The notes under the pieces: generated by a model | What the model saw: the letters and a program-made list of their open reading frames with translations, nothing else | Told to the model about the DNA's origin: nothing | Database searches by the model: none | Position numbers and translations under genes: made by a program | Part shown: one piece after another, positions 14,867 through 29,618 of the stretch | Layout: every line of letters starts with the position of its first letter | Numbering within the stretch: position 1 is the first letter of the stretch | NCBI RefSeq assembly: GCF_009914755.1 | Contig: NC_060925.1 | Length of the DNA stretch: 64,000 nt | Strand: one strand, 5' to 3' | From: the human T2T-CHM13v2.0 reference genome, Homo sapiens

Positions 14867-15148
14867 TACTATCACTTTGTAGTATATTTTAAAGTCAGGT
14901 AGTATGAAGCCTCCAGCTTTGTTTTTGTTCAGTATTCCTTTGGCTATTCGTGGTCTTTTGTGGTTACATATAAATTTTAGGATTGTTTTTGCTATGTCTG
15001 TGAAGAATGTCATTGGTATTGTGATAGGGATTGCATTGAAATATAGATTACCTGTGGATTGTATGGTCATTTTAATGATAGTAAATGATATTAATCCTTT
15101 CAATCCATGAGCATGGGATGTCTTTTTATTTGCTTGGGTCCTCTTTAA

Positions 15149-15166
15149 TTTCTTTCTTTCTTTCTC

Positions 15167-15226
<60 letters not shown>

Positions 15227-15510
15227 TTTTCTTTGAGACGGAGTCTCGCTCTGTCACCCAGGCTGGAGTGCAGTGGCATAATCTCAGTTCACTGAAACCT
15301 CCGCCTCCCAGGTTCAAGCAATTCTGCTTCAGCCTCCCAACAGGCACGTGCCACCACACCCCACTAATTTTTTTTTTTTTTTTTTGTATTTTTAGTAGAG
15401 GTGGGTTTTCACCATGTTAGCCAGATGGTCTTGATCTCCTGACCTCGTGATCTGCCCACCTTGGCCTCCCAAAGTGCTGGGATTACAGGCATGAGCCACT
15501 GCACCTGGCC
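15149..15510 (-). mobile_element. AluS with (TTTC)n microsatellite tail (about 15149-15232)
   Basis: Alu dimer whose A tail has expanded to (GAAA)n; TSD ctctttaatttc. Confidence 0.9.
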
Positions 15511-15534
15511 CTCTCTTTAATTTCTTTAATCAAT

Positions 15535-15830
15535 TTTTTTTTTTTTTGAGATGGAGTCTCACTCTGTTGCCCAGGCTAGAGTACAGTGGTGTGATCTCGG
15601 CTCACCGCAAGCTCTGCCTCCCAGGTTCACACCATTCTCCTGCCTCAGCCTCCTGAGTAGCTGGGACTACAGGCACTCGCCACCACGCCCGGCTAATTTT
15701 TTTGTATTTTTTAGTAGAAACAGGGTTTCACTGTGGTAGCCAGGATGGTCTCGATCTCCTGACCTCATGATCCACCCACCTTGGCCTCCCAAAGTGCTGG
15801 GATTACAGGTGTCAGCCACGGCACCTGGCC
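15535..15830 (-). mobile_element. AluY-like
   Basis: 'gcaagctctgcctcccaggttcacaccattctcc' AluY-type sequence; TSD tctttaatcaa. Confidence 0.85.
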
Positions 15831-16297
15831 TCTTTAATCAACTTTTTGTAGTTGTTGGTGTAACCTTCTTGATTAAATTTATTCATATTTTAATTTTTTT
15901 GTAGCTATTGTAAATGGGATTGTTTTCCTGATTTTCATCTCAGCTAGTTTGTTATTGGTGTATAGAAACAGTACTGATTTTTATATGTTGATTTTGTGTT
16001 TTGCAACCTTACTGAATTTGCTTATCAGTTTTGAGAGTTTGTTGGTGGATTCTTTAAGTTTTTCTCTATATAAGATAAGGCTGTCTGAAAGGAAGGACAA
16101 TTTTACTTCCTTTTTTCCAATTTTGGTGCCTTTTATTTCTTTCTCTTGCCTAAATGCTCTGGCTGGGACTTCCAGTACTGTGTTGAATAAGAGTGGTGAG
16201 AGTGGGTATTCTTGTCTTGTTCCAGTTCTTACAGGAAAGACTTTCAGCTTTTCCCCATTCACTATGATGTTAGCTGTGGGTTTGCCATATATGGCCT

Positions 16298-16535
16298 TTC
16301 AATTCTCCCTTTCCAAGTACTCCCTATTTCTGTGACTCAATTCAGTTTTCTTCCTAGCACTGATCACTATTTGATGTATTGCATATTCACTTATTTGTTC
16401 ATTGTCTGCCTCCCTCCCCTGGAGTGAAAAACTCTATGACAGCAGAGATTCAAGTCTGTTTTTTAAGTGCTATATCCCCAGTAATAGAAGAATGTCTGGT
16501 ATATGGTGGGCCCACACATACTTGTTAAATGAAAA
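16298..16535 (+). mobile_element. L2 3' end (last piece of the split L2)
   Basis: 'cctagcactgatcacta...atatccccagta...cttgttaaatgaa' resembles the L2 3' terminus. Confidence 0.75.
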
Positions 16536-17269
16536 AAGACCTGACCAAAAGAAAGAATAAGTTAAACAAGTACATATTAGGAACTGATGATGTACCCAAC
16601 TATACTAAGTGCTATGAGAAAACAGATATTTGCTCCCAAGTCCTTAAGGAACCTATAATTAGTTGGGTAACAAGATTACCATCAAACTATGTATTAATAT
16701 CTTTTAGCCCACAGGACTGGGGTCAAGCTTAGATCACAGCAATAGCCTACATCTTTGGCAGACAGGAAGATGTTTGATGAGGCTTCATAGGAGAATCTTC
16801 TTTCACCTTGGATATTAACAAGCAAATGACCCTTCTCACTAAAGGAAGCAAAGTAAAACTTTTACCTTCCTTGTAAAGTATCAAAGAAAATGCAGAGAAT
16901 GCAGTAGGGAGAGGGTACTGAAGGTCTGGCAGGAGCCACAGTGTGTAGATAAAAATGTAAGCAGATGACAGAGGGGGAGACACAGACATGGAGAATGAGA
17001 AAGAGGACACATTCCAAAGGGAATATATGAAACAGGCAGCAAGTGCTATGCAAAGTTGCTGAGGAAATATAAAGCTTCCATAAAATTTTATGTAAACCAA
17101 CTATGCAAACCAACATAACAAAACTTTGTAATCAGGTCCTCAAAGAAGGCATCAGTCATCACAATCCCAGATGTACCAGGACTATTCTCATTGGGACACA
17201 CACAGAGAGAAAGATATTTTAAAAATAGACACACATACCCAAGACAGGAAAAAAGAAGCATCCAGTTTA

Positions 17270-17632
<363 letters not shown>

Positions 17633-17804
17633 TTAATATGCTTACTGCAGAGAGACTAGAAGTTGTTATTAAAATTACACACTTTAGCTTTTATAGATTC
17701 CTTAAAAATTTATGTCAAGGTTAACTATGTAGAAAATTCCATGATTTCTTTCTTATAGAAACATACAGGTTAATCTATTCTCAAATAGTACTTAGCCCTA
17801 TCCT

Positions 17805-18960
17805 TTCATTTATTTATGAATTCATTCATTTAAAAACTATTAATTCAGTTCCTATTGTTCCCCAGGCTCTATCTTCATCTCTGCTGTCATGGAGCTTACA
17901 TTCTAACGGGAGGTGACAGACAAAAAATAAATAACCTAGCATTTCTATAGTACAGCAGACAGTAAGAAGTGCTATGGAGAAAATTAGAAGACAGAAGACC
18001 GGTGAAAGGTAAATAGGCTTCTGGTTAAATAGGTAGTTTTAGAAGGTCTCACTAAAATAGTAACATTAGAGCAAAACCCAAAGGAAGGAAAGAAGTGGTT
18101 ATTTGGAAATGTGGATAGGAAGCATTCCAAATAAAAGAACAAGCAAAGATTAAACACTCTGAAGTATCATCAGGTTTTCTTTAGTTGAGGAGCAGCAGAG
18201 ATGCTGACATGGTTGGAACACTGAGCTGGGGGAGAGTGAGAGATGAGGTCAGGAAGGTAGCCATGAGCTTCATCATACAAGATCTTCTCAGCTATTGGAG
18301 GAACTTTTGCTTTCACTCTGAGTGACATGGGAAACCAATAGACGCTTTTGAAGAGAGGAGTTTCATGACGTGGCATAAAGTCTGAAAGTTTTATTTCGAG
18401 GATTGTGTGGAGAATGTGCTGAGGCTTAAGGCAGGGGGCCGGAGCAGAATTGGGAGTGCCAGATGTACCAGGACTATTCTCATAGGAGGCAACTGCAATA
18501 ATCTGGAAGAGAGATGATGGTAGCTCCGAAGCTGGGAAGAAGTGACTGTACTTTAGATACAGTTAAAGGTTGAGCCTATGAAATTTACAAGTGGATTAAA
18601 TATGTTTGGGAGAGAAAGAGAGGAAGAAAGGATAAGTCCAAGGCTTTTATTTATTTATTTTGAGACAGGGTCTTACTCTGTCACCCAAGTTGGAGTGCAG
18701 TGGTGCAATTATAGCTCACTGCAACCTCAAATTCCTGAGTTCAAGTAATCCACCTGCTCCAACCTCCCAAAATGCTTGGATTACAGACATGAGCCACCAC
18801 ACCTGGCCACATCCAAGGCTTTTAGCCAGAACTACTAAGAAGGCCTATGTTGCCATTTATGGAGAGGGAAGATCACATAACGAGCAGGTTTGGGGGAAAA
18901 AGTATTTCAGTTTTGGACATATTGTGTCAAGATGCCTATTAGATATCCCAAAGGAAATAC
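17805..18960 (-). mobile_element. L2 LINE fragment
   Basis: Antisense L2 3' end (ttcattcattta...) and body ('taggaggcaactgcaataatctggaagagagatgatgg'). Confidence 0.75.
18648..18808 (-). mobile_element. Alu monomer (FRAM-like)
   Basis: Single right-arm-type monomer flanked by TSD tccaaggctttt. Confidence 0.8.
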
Positions 18961-21079
18961 ACAAATCTAGAGTTCTAAGAAGAAACAAACTCCCTTATGC
19001 TATTTTATTATAATATACGACACTAGGCTGAACTGACTCTTTTTATCTATAATAATCAAGATTCTGAATTCTAGTTGGGGGAAACTGGAGAAACTACATT
19101 TCTTAGAATACTCTCTCTTAAGGTTTATTTCTGCCAAAGTGTGATACATATTGCAATGATTAAGTGCTAAACTGTGTGACACCTATTCTAAATGCTAAAC
19201 CAGTGTACAGGGGAGGGAATTCATTGGGAATCAGAGTCATCAAGAGAAACTGCACTGTGAAGAGCGAGTGGTTTGGGAAGCATCATCCTGGGTGTGGCTA
19301 GGACTTTCTAGGGAGAGGACCAGCAGAAGCAAAAGTGCAGCAACAAGGAAGAACATAGAGCAGGGATACACTTGCAACGAAATGTCCCAAAGGAAGAAGG
19401 GCTTTCACCCAGTCTGGCATTCCTCAAACATGCAAATGATCCTTGGACTCTGGGATGTGAATTACCCATGCCACTGAATTTTTCAGAAAATTCCCAGAGA
19501 AATGGGGTCTCCCTGGGGAAAAAGATAAGCATAATCTTCCCAGAAAGCATATTTAATGGGGTCATGTGCTTTTAAATATTAAATTGATGCATTTTAATAT
19601 TATTCTCAAATACTTTTCCCTTGCAACCTTCTATCTCCAAACCACTCTGGAGTAATGATACATTTACATTATACATTTACATAGCATAATGGGAACCTAA
19701 CTCCCTGGCAAGACTAAACTTGAAAAACAGATATTTGTAAACTTCCAGTTAGCATATATCAAGGATCAAAATAGGCCCGTATGTTTTATATAACAGTGGT
19801 CCAGGCAAAAAAGTCAGTGCGTGTGTGATGATGAAAGGGTATTATATTAGTATTTAGAGTGAAAATGCTCTGGCCACTTGGAGCAGAAGTATTTAAGAAT
19901 ATTAGATAGTTTATGAAATTGTCCGACAAGCCAGAGAATCAGGCTCAGAAGCAGCATCTCCAGGAACAACTTGTAAATCATACCACCAGAATGCGCATTA
20001 AGAGTGATTCTGCTGCCATGGAGCAGAAGAGCCAGCAAGCACACCAGGACCTCTGTGACTCAGTAGCTCTCTGCTCTGTCGCCCATATTCACCGGGAAAC
20101 CATGGCAGACAGCACCTCCTTCTCCACACCTGTCTTCTAATTCCAGGTTTCACACTGATGGTGCCTCTAATAACTGAGTCTAGGTCACAGGCCATAAGGA
20201 AGACTAGAAAACCAAGTTCTGGCTTCTACTTTTGAGGACAGAAGGTGGGAAATGTAGAGGGGGGTGAGCAGGGAAACAAAGAAGCAATGCTGTTCAAAGA
20301 TGCTGAACATCCATAAAAGGTATAAGTGTCCAAAAAGGGGGAAAGTTTCCCACATGAGGCCATTGAATGGCAAAGGGATAGCAAAGAGAAGGGGGAGGGA
20401 GGAGGTGAGCAGGGTGACCATGGGCATCTTGGTGTTTCCACTCTCTGAACTTAGGCTTGGAATGCACAGACACATCAGATCATGAGGATGGGGCATATAC
20501 ATGGAGCAGCAGGACCCTCTGCCTCTAGTCCCTGTTTTCCTTAAATTGCCCCTGCAACAATCAGCATCCCAGCTATACTAACAGGGTGGGAAGCTTGGTC
20601 AAGGAGCTGTAATCCTGGTGCTGTTGCTTTTCTAGACCACCTTAGACTGAAAAGAATTAATTTTTTTCTTCCTATTCTGCAAGTTGGAGGCTAGAGAGGA
20701 AAATTGCAGGAGTTATAGATGAAACAAAGAAGATTAATTTTTCCAAGTTGTCATGAGAGTTGATTTTATGACTCTATCTACACAACCAAAGAGGGTGGTT
20801 TGCACAAAGTGCTTTCAGAAATCATAACAAAGAAATAATCACAGACAGGGAAGTGATGGATCAGAGAGCAAGCCTCTGAAAACACTGTCTAACTTTTTAC
20901 TTCCCGGAGAGAGGGTGTTGCTCCTAAAAGATGAAAAAAACGCCACCTGAGTCCCCAGAACCAGCAGCATGAAAGGAAAATGGTGGCAAAGAAAGCAGCT
21001 CAGTCCTGAGAGGCAGTTCTGGGACACTGTATTGGACCAGACCAAAAAGTTATGAGGGAGAGAGGTAGAAAATTGTTCA

Positions 21080-21535
<456 letters not shown>

Positions 21536-24021
21536 TTACTATCAGAAGACAATCAGGACAAAATAAGCATTAAGGAAGTGTATGCTGCTGTGGGTCGAAG
21601 AGAGGAAAATGCAGACTGTAGGGTCTCTGACAGAATTCCTGGGGAGAACTGATATGACCTCCAGGAGGGTAAAAACAGTAGAAGGGGAAAAGAGGCCACA
21701 TACATTTCAGAAAATGATGTCAGATGCTGTAGGAAGGTAGCGATCAGGAAGCAAAATGAGTAGACAATGACTTTGTGGGTTTAAGTGTCCTCAGTAGATA
21801 GGATACTGGAGAAGGAACTGATTGTGACTTTTTTTGTGGCGAGGGTAGAGGCCTGGAAAATGATTGTGCTGAATTTGAAGTGATGGCCAAAAACCAAACT
21901 TTGTTTAATGAGGTAAATATGTTTAGAGTGCATGGATGTAGTCCAGGTCAGAGATCAGCAAAAATGTGCAGACCACCCTCGTGCGCAGATCTGCGGGACT
22001 ACAGATTCCATAGCATTCTTCTTCCTCCGAGCTCACCAGGCTTCCTGCAGTGTTCTCCTTTCTTCCTTGTGGAATTATTTGTGGATAGGAATCTTGTGGA
22101 ATTATTAAAACAGTTTAAAACATGAAGACTGGAAAACAGAAAACTTCAGCTATATGTCCCCAAATCACAGAGTCTCCGTGGGAGAGAGACTAAAATTAGA
22201 CTTCCTTGATCTCCTATTACATTCTTTCATAAGATCACTTGCCGATCAAAAAAATACCTTTATTATGCAAACAGTGAGAAAAGAGTTAGAGAAAAAAACT
22301 ATTCTTTTCGTAGTTTAATGTTGATGAAAGCACTTCTGACCAGAACTAAAGTCACTGCTACAAAGAGAACAGTCCCAGAATGCAGACAAAGCTAGGTCAA
22401 TGAGACATGGGTTTAATTGTCTATATTTTGTTAACTGCACATTTTGCCTCCGTAAATGCTGCTGTTGCCCCACTTACAGGGTGCAGCACTCTCTCCTGTG
22501 AATTTCTCACTGGGTTAAGGAAGACAGTATCTGAATCTCTAATCTCTGATAGGTCATACAGTCACCCACTGTAGGCAATAGTCCCCTAAGGGGTCCCAGT
22601 CTCTCAGTATTGGATTCAGAAACCGTGTGACTGCAATTTAGCCATAAAAGTGATCCTGACTTTTTCATGAGCACAGAGCAGTCTGTGTGAAGGGTTAAGC
22701 TGGCTCGATTGGCTACATGTCCTAGTTAGCCGGAATATGGTAGGCGTTCAAGGTCTGTTAAACTGAAGAATAGGATTCTGTATGGCAGATATTAAACTGA
22801 GTGTGTTATGCAGATTATCTCATTTATAAGAATCACATAAGGTAGTGATTTGCCTCCAAATTTTTCAGCTGAGATCAAGACCCAGAAAGACTGCCTAACT
22901 TGGCCATGGTCCTATAAATAAACTTAGGTTGTCTACCACAAAGACTCCATCTTTCCACCATCCCAAGTTACCTCACATGCTCCTGGTCAGACAGATCATC
23001 CTACATTCAAATGAATGTAGATAAAAATGTCTCTGATATATTCTTTTCTTGAGTGAGGGTTTAGAAAAAGTGCAGGTTTGTGCTCAAAAATACCTATGTG
23101 AACAAATAGGAAGCAATAAAATGGGGCTCTGTAGCCAATCCATAGTTGGTGATGTAATAATCGCCTTTGTAAATTCACAGATTCTTGTATTTGGACAAAC
23201 AATTGTTTGACCATGGGAAGATACACTCCCAACATGTAGGTGGCCTCACCAGAAGGTAAAAATTGAAGAAAAAAATCATTCAAACTCCCATATACTAGAT
23301 CTTTCTCATTTAATCTTGAGGTTTCCATGTTGAGAGGAGTGAAAGGAGATTTCTGTACCCATTAGCCAAGATTGTCTGAAACAAATCCCAGGAAGATGTT
23401 TTGAAAGAAGAATACATAAGCCTTATGACTCAGTTCTCAGTAGCTTCTTCAGTATCTTTCTTTTAAAATATCATTTTAAAGTCTTGCATTATAGCACTAA
23501 AAAAGCTAAAAGAATGCTAAAATTGCACTAAATCCAACCACGCCAGTAAGTACAGCTATTTCCATTTATTCCTATTAGGAACTTGTGCATTCAAAAACAT
23601 AATTTTATATCATTTAAACCATAGTATAGGTACAATTAGATTGTTTAACCTAAAATTACACAATAAATATTTTCTGTGTTACAAAATAAGCCTCAAATCT
23701 ATGATTTTAATGGCTGCATAATATAGTATTATAGTGCATGATATTGTCATCTATTTAACCATTCCTATACTGTTCAAATTGTTTCCAATTTCTCAGTATT
23801 GAAAACAATGCTAAAATGAAGACTCTTCATGTCCACAGCTTTTTCCTTCTTTAAGACTATTTTCTTAGGTTATATTGCCAGAAGTATGATTATAGAGTCA
23901 ATTTCATATATTACAGAGTTTTTGATTCCAACTGATGTATTTCTTTCTAAAAATATCCTACTATTATAATATTGCTGTCTTCTGAGTGTATGTAAAACTT
24001 TCACCAAGATCTCACTGTTAC

Positions 24022-24401
24022 TGTTACTGTGCAGAATTCCTATTTGGAAGCCCTAAACCCCAATGTGATAGTATTTGGAAATGAGGCCTTTGAGAGGTAA
24101 TTAGGTTTCGATGAGGTCATGAGGATTGGGTCCCTATAGTGGGATTAGTGCCCTTACTTCTAAAAATAAAAAAAAATAAAAAAAAAAGACTCCAAACAGC
24201 TTGCTTCTCTGTCTCCAACATGTGAAGATACAATGAGCAGAGAGCCATCTGCAAGCCAGCAAGACAGCCCTCACCAGAAAGAGAATCTGCTGCCACCATG
24301 ATCTTGGACTTCCAAGACTCCAGAACTGTGATAAACAAATATCTGTTGTTAAGCCACCTGTTCTATGGCATTTTATTACAGCAGCCTGAGCTGACTAATA
24401 T
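24022..24401 (+). mobile_element. MLT1A/B-type MaLR solo LTR
   Basis: 'ccccaatgtgatagtatttggaaatgaggcctttg...ttattacagcagcctgagctgactaata'. Confidence 0.8.
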
Positions 24402-24684
24402 GCATTATATTTTCTGTTTTCAAATCTGGTTGGTATAAAACCTTATTCCCTTTTCATTATTTGACTGACCCATTTGAACTCTAATCACATATTTACCTAT
24501 TACTTCAATTTATATATAACGTTTCAATGTCTCTATTTGTAAGTGCAATTGAAAGTTGACAGAGGCTTCCGTGGGGATAAAATGAACAGTGGTACAAACT
24601 GGCCTTTATGGATAGAGATAGTATCTGTGAAGTGGGGGAGCAGGAGCGGGACAAAGGATTTAACTTATATTTTCTTACCTTATT

Positions 24685-25440
24685 AATTCATAATTTTTGA
24701 GCATCTGCAATGTGGTAGGTATTGTAGTAGGTGCATAGAAACAGAACAGCAGAGAAAAATAGGTTTCCTGCTCTCACATACCTTACAATATAGTGAGGGA
24801 ATCAAATAAGAAAAAAAGGAAATTATAATACCACATGAGAAGTTTGTGTTGAAAATAAGTTCAGGGACTAAGGAAGCACAGTGAGGGAGGGGCCAAATCA
24901 GGTATTAAAAGGGAAAGGAAGGCATTCAGTTAGAGGTGACATCAAAATGGAAACTGGGCAAGCTAAAGTTGGAAAGATGAAGAGGAAAGCAGGGTGTGGT
25001 GGCTTACACCTGTAATTTTACCTACTCAGGAAGCTGAGGTGAGAGAAACCCTTGAGCCCAGGAGTTTGAGACCAGCCTGAGCAACATAGCAAGACCCCAT
25101 CTCTAAAAACATATATACATACATACATACAACATAATAAATAAAACTAGCCAGGTGTGGTGGCACATGCCTGTAGTCCCAGCTACTAGGGAGGCTGAGG
25201 TGGAAGGCTTGAGTCCAGGAGTTTGAGGCTTCAGTGAGCCATGATCATGCCACTGCACTCAGACTGGGTGACAGGATGAGACCCTATCTCTAAAAAGTAA
25301 GAAAGAAAGATGAAACAGGAGCATGGAAGAAGACAGGATATAATGGGGGGACTAGAGAGAGTTCTAAGTAGAGGCAGATAACATGGGCAAATGCTCAGAA
25401 GCAAAAGAGAGCTAGCCTAAGTATGGAAAGGAATACCATA
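24685..25440 (-). mobile_element. L2 fragment interrupted by AluJ
   Basis: Antisense L2 3' end ('ttgagcatctgcaatgtggtaggtattgt'). Confidence 0.6.
24988..25305 (+). mobile_element. AluJ
   Basis: Diverged dimer with (CATA)n in the middle A-rich linker; TSD gaaagatgaa. Confidence 0.85.
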
Positions 25441-26949
25441 ATATGGCTTACCAGAGCTTCCAGCAATCAAATATGGGTGAGATGATTCCCAGATCCTTTA
25501 TCCCACTCCCGCCCCACACCCTCATGGATGCCATCTCTATCTGTAGAGGCCAAACTGCACCACTGTTCATTTTATCCCTACATAGCAACCTCTGCCAATT
25601 TTCAATTGCACTTGCAAATGGAGAAATTGAAAACCTGTGTTGCTTCTGGGTTGATATGGAGTGATAAGCCGGGAGCATCTGACTGGGCATGTTTTTCTTC
25701 ATGTGTTGGAACAGAAAAGAATCTGCATAGATAGGCAGCATACAACAAATCACAAACCCAGCAGTGACTATAAAAGCATGGTCTTTCTTGTGTCTCCACC
25801 CCAGGCAAGCCTGCTCAATTCATTTCTTCAGACATCACTCCGAAATTGCCAGAGTGGTTTCCCACTGACAGACTTCATCGCTGTACTGCACATCTCTTCA
25901 CTACAAATGGGGAGATGAGACAGAGACAAAAAGAGAAATGGATTTACTGTGCTGGGGAAGTTAAGCACACACTGGGTTGGAATTTCATTTCCACTGAATT
26001 AGAAGCTCTGGCTCAGCACGGATGACACAGTGATGCTCCTTTAATAACACAAAATAAATAAAACATGGAAAAGGTTTTCCAGTTTGTTTTGGGGGATGTT
26101 CATGCACACATTCTCTGCCTCTCTCTCTCCAGGAACATTGGACACTCTCTTATTGCCTTTGTGCTACTTCAAAGCTGCAAAGATTGACCTTAGCCTTAAA
26201 TAAAGTCAGAAAATGCTTGAATCCCTGGGGAAACAACCCATAAAGCCTCAACAAATCCATCATTTTATCAAGTCCCAAGACCTGGGGAGAACAGACAACG
26301 CATCAAGCTTATAGCACCTTGGGTTGGGTGATCCTTGGGACACATCTGCTCTGTGAGACTAGAGATGTGCCTGAGAGAGGACAGGTAAGTCCTGTCTGAG
26401 CAGCATTCTCCTGCAGGCCCAGCACAGCTTCAGGAGCTCCTATGCAGGTCAAGGGTTGTTGTGGTGGTGTGGCCTGGCAAAAATTACAATGTAATTTCTA
26501 ATCCTGCCCTTTGCTCATTCCAGCCCCAGGGAGGTCACCATTTTTCAGGTGTTCTCACCTTATCTCAAGCTCATTCCCCAACTAGCAAAGGGATTTTGAA
26601 AGGCATTGTAAAATACAGTGACTTTCTGGGTTTGGGGTGTTATTTTTTTGCTTTAACATAAGATATCTTTTAAATACTGTATATGTGTTACTGATAGAAG
26701 GGTGTTTTATGTAAGGTACTCCTTAAAAACCCAATATTCAACAACTTTCACCAAGAGGTGTACCACTATCACTTACCAACTTTGAGGCACTGCCTCCTTT
26801 AACCATTTTCTGACCTTATTTTCTCCCGATATGATTGACCAGGTATTTTGCTGTACTCAACAAGTCCTTTTTTTTTTAAATAGCACTATAACCCTTTCTT
26901 GAATTGATCCATTTACATGTCTAACTTTCCTACTAAACTATAAACTACT

Positions 26950-27533
26950 TGTGGCTGGTTGCATTTTCCAACAATGACCATGAAAGTATCTCTTATTATT
27001 CTACAGTGTGACCTGACACACCTTCCATTAAGAGATAGGATCTATGTCCTCTTCCTTGGACTCTAGCTGGGCTTGTGACTTGCATGTAACCAATACAACG
27101 CAGTGGAGTGATTCTGTATGACTTCTAAGAAAAAGTCAGAAAAGATTATACAACTTTCTTACAGTTAGGACATCCTCCTTTGGAATCACATAGGAAGTTC
27201 GACTACTGCATGGCCACCATGCAGCGAGGAAGCCCAAGCACATAAGAGGCCACATGAATGCTGACAAACAGCCCCAGCTGATGTCCCAGCCCACTGAGTT
27301 AATCTACTGCCAGAAATATGACTGCCAATTATACCTTCGCATGGTGTTAGCTCTCAGCCATCTGGTCACCCCCAGCCTTGAGTTTTGTCAGCTGAGGCCA
27401 GACATTGTAAAGGAGAGCCACACTATCCTCACCATACCCTCTCTGAATTCCTGATCCACAGAATCTGTGAGCAAAATGTATAAAGCATGGCACTTTAAGG
27501 AGGTTCATTATAAAGCACTAGTTAACTAGAATA
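26950..27533 (+). mobile_element. Old MLT1 (G/H-like) MaLR LTR within an L2 fragment
   Basis: 'gaattcctgatccacagaatctgtgagc...ttaactagaata' MLT1-type 3' end. Confidence 0.7.
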
Positions 27534-28989
27534 CTACCAAGATAGAAACTATACCATCTATGTTTGTATTCTTAAAGTAAGGGTTCAATAAATGTTGATT
27601 GTATGAATGAATGCATATTGTTAAACAAACAAAAAAGCATGTGCAATCATGAACCCAGATGTTACATGTGCTAAGAGTAAACCTCACAACAAAGAACATC
27701 TTCTACAATGTTAAGCCTTAGGGGAACTGGGAATAAAAGCTAAAATATTATTAGAACTTATCAAACAAATCTGCCTGCTGCTGGTCAGAAATAGGCCTTG
27801 CTTTAGGGTGATACATATTTGCAGCTTCAAAAGAATGTTCTTTGTTGATATTTAATAATGTATAGATTCCTCACTTTGCAGTTTATCTTATGGTTTCTTT
27901 AATTTGGGTTGGGATTGCAAAGGAGCAGAGTGAAAATCAGGTATGATACATTTCTCATCTCTCTTGGATACATTCCCAGAGGTTCAGACTGAAATGACTC
28001 AAGGTCTTTTTCTATAAAAACAATTTTGAAACAGATCACTAACTCTTTGGTATTCACTGATTGAACAATAAAAATATAAGTTTTCTTTTAAAGGGTGAGA
28101 GGGATAAAGGAAGAGAAGAAAGAAAGAGATCCAGTTAATCACATTAGTTTCTGAACACATCCCTGTGAAGTGATAGGAATTGAGGACAAAGGAGAGAAAC
28201 AAAAATGAAAAAAAACACAACTGCCACAAGCAGTTAGGACTACGGTTTTGTTTTGTATTGTTTAAATTTTTTTTCTCATTCCCTTTACCCTGGGCTAATT
28301 AGACACTGGACTGCATCTAGTGAGAATGGGCTAGGAGACTTTTGTACTTGGGATTCTGAGTTGGACCACTGCTCCTATGTAAACTTCTGTAACTGGGGCT
28401 ATGGATTCTGTGATGTTGGGGAACTAGTCTGCTAGGTAGAACAAAGGTTTTATTTGCTGCATGGCAGTTTCATTAAATAAATCATACATTCATGCAGGCA
28501 AAGGAAATTAACAAGAAACTTTGCCTAGGAGGTTAGACATATTCTGCCGCACTTCAAATAAACTGGAGTGCACTTTGCAATTCAGAAGATGTATATATGC
28601 TGGAATGTGCAAAGGCAACACTATTTTATTTACACATATATATAGTGATAGCTGTATACAAATATTTGTGTACATATATGCATATGCATACAAATTTAAT
28701 CTTTATGTGTATATACATTTTTAATCTTCTTTACAATGGAGAGCTAAAAAAAATCTGTATTTCTTATGCTTGCAACACACCACAAGCCTGTGAATCATCT
28801 TTGTTCCTTTAACAGTCATCTAAGTGATGATGGGAGTTGTATGTGGTACTAGGAAGGCAAGGAAAACAAAACATGATTCCTGTTCTTGGGCACCTCAATT
28901 CTAATTGGATAATGGAGAACACTCAAGCTGGCCTTAAGGCAAATTGTAAATGGCCTTAAGGCGATATATCCCGTGATATCAGAATTGCA

Positions 28990-29600
28990 GTTAACTCAGG
29001 AAGCATTTTATTAAGCACCTATTATTGCCAGTACTGGGCTTAATGTTGGAATTACAAAAAGGATTAACAAAAGCCCTTCCCTCCAATACATTATAATACA
29101 AAAAAGGGAAATAGAAATGCAAACAAATAATTGTAATCCAGTGGGAGATGTGCAAGAATAGAAATTTGCATAACATGGAAGTCAGCATGCAGGAGGAAGG
29201 GATTAACTTTGACTGGAGTGTAAAAGAAGAGAAGGAGATGGCTGAAGGCATAGGAAAGCCTCAGTAGACAGTGACATTGAAGCTGGGTTTTGAAGAATAA
29301 ATGGAAGGTTCCAGGGGGAAATCATTAGTGAGATATTTCATGTGGAGAAAGCAGGATATGAAGTGATATAGTGATACTATTTTACATAGCATGCTTTGTT
29401 CAGAGAACTTCAAATATTGTTCATCATTGCTGGAGTGAAAACAACGCGTGAATATGGCACAGGTTGAAGGCAAAGAGAATAAAGGAGAAAAGAAAATGAA
29501 GTGAAGTAAGTGGGAAAAAGGGCTGGAGAAGTAGGGAGGAAGGAAGCCATACATTCTTCTGAATGTAAATAGATGAATGGTAAAGCAGTGGATGAAGAAT
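28990..29600 (-). mobile_element. L2 fragment
   Basis: 'aagcattttattaagcacctattattgccagtactgggc' antisense L2 3' end. Confidence 0.6.
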
Positions 29601-29618
29601 GTTGACTGTGATACCCAT

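Larger units (their letters stand above)
13054..16297 (-). mobile_element. 5'-truncated LINE-1, L1MA-like, carrying three nested Alus
   Basis: Minus-strand ORF2 fragments ([15 protein letters not shown]; [16 protein letters not shown]) and an L1MA-type 3'UTR. Confidence 0.85.

Noticed and set aside
23181-23255. Possible plus-strand exon (cacag|...aag|gtaaaa)
   Set aside because: Weak splice sites, unrecognised peptide and no supporting neighbouring exons.
28653-28674. 22-bp near-perfect palindrome tgtatacaaatatttgtgtaca
   Set aside because: Lies in low-complexity AT/purine-pyrimidine sequence where such palindromes are common.
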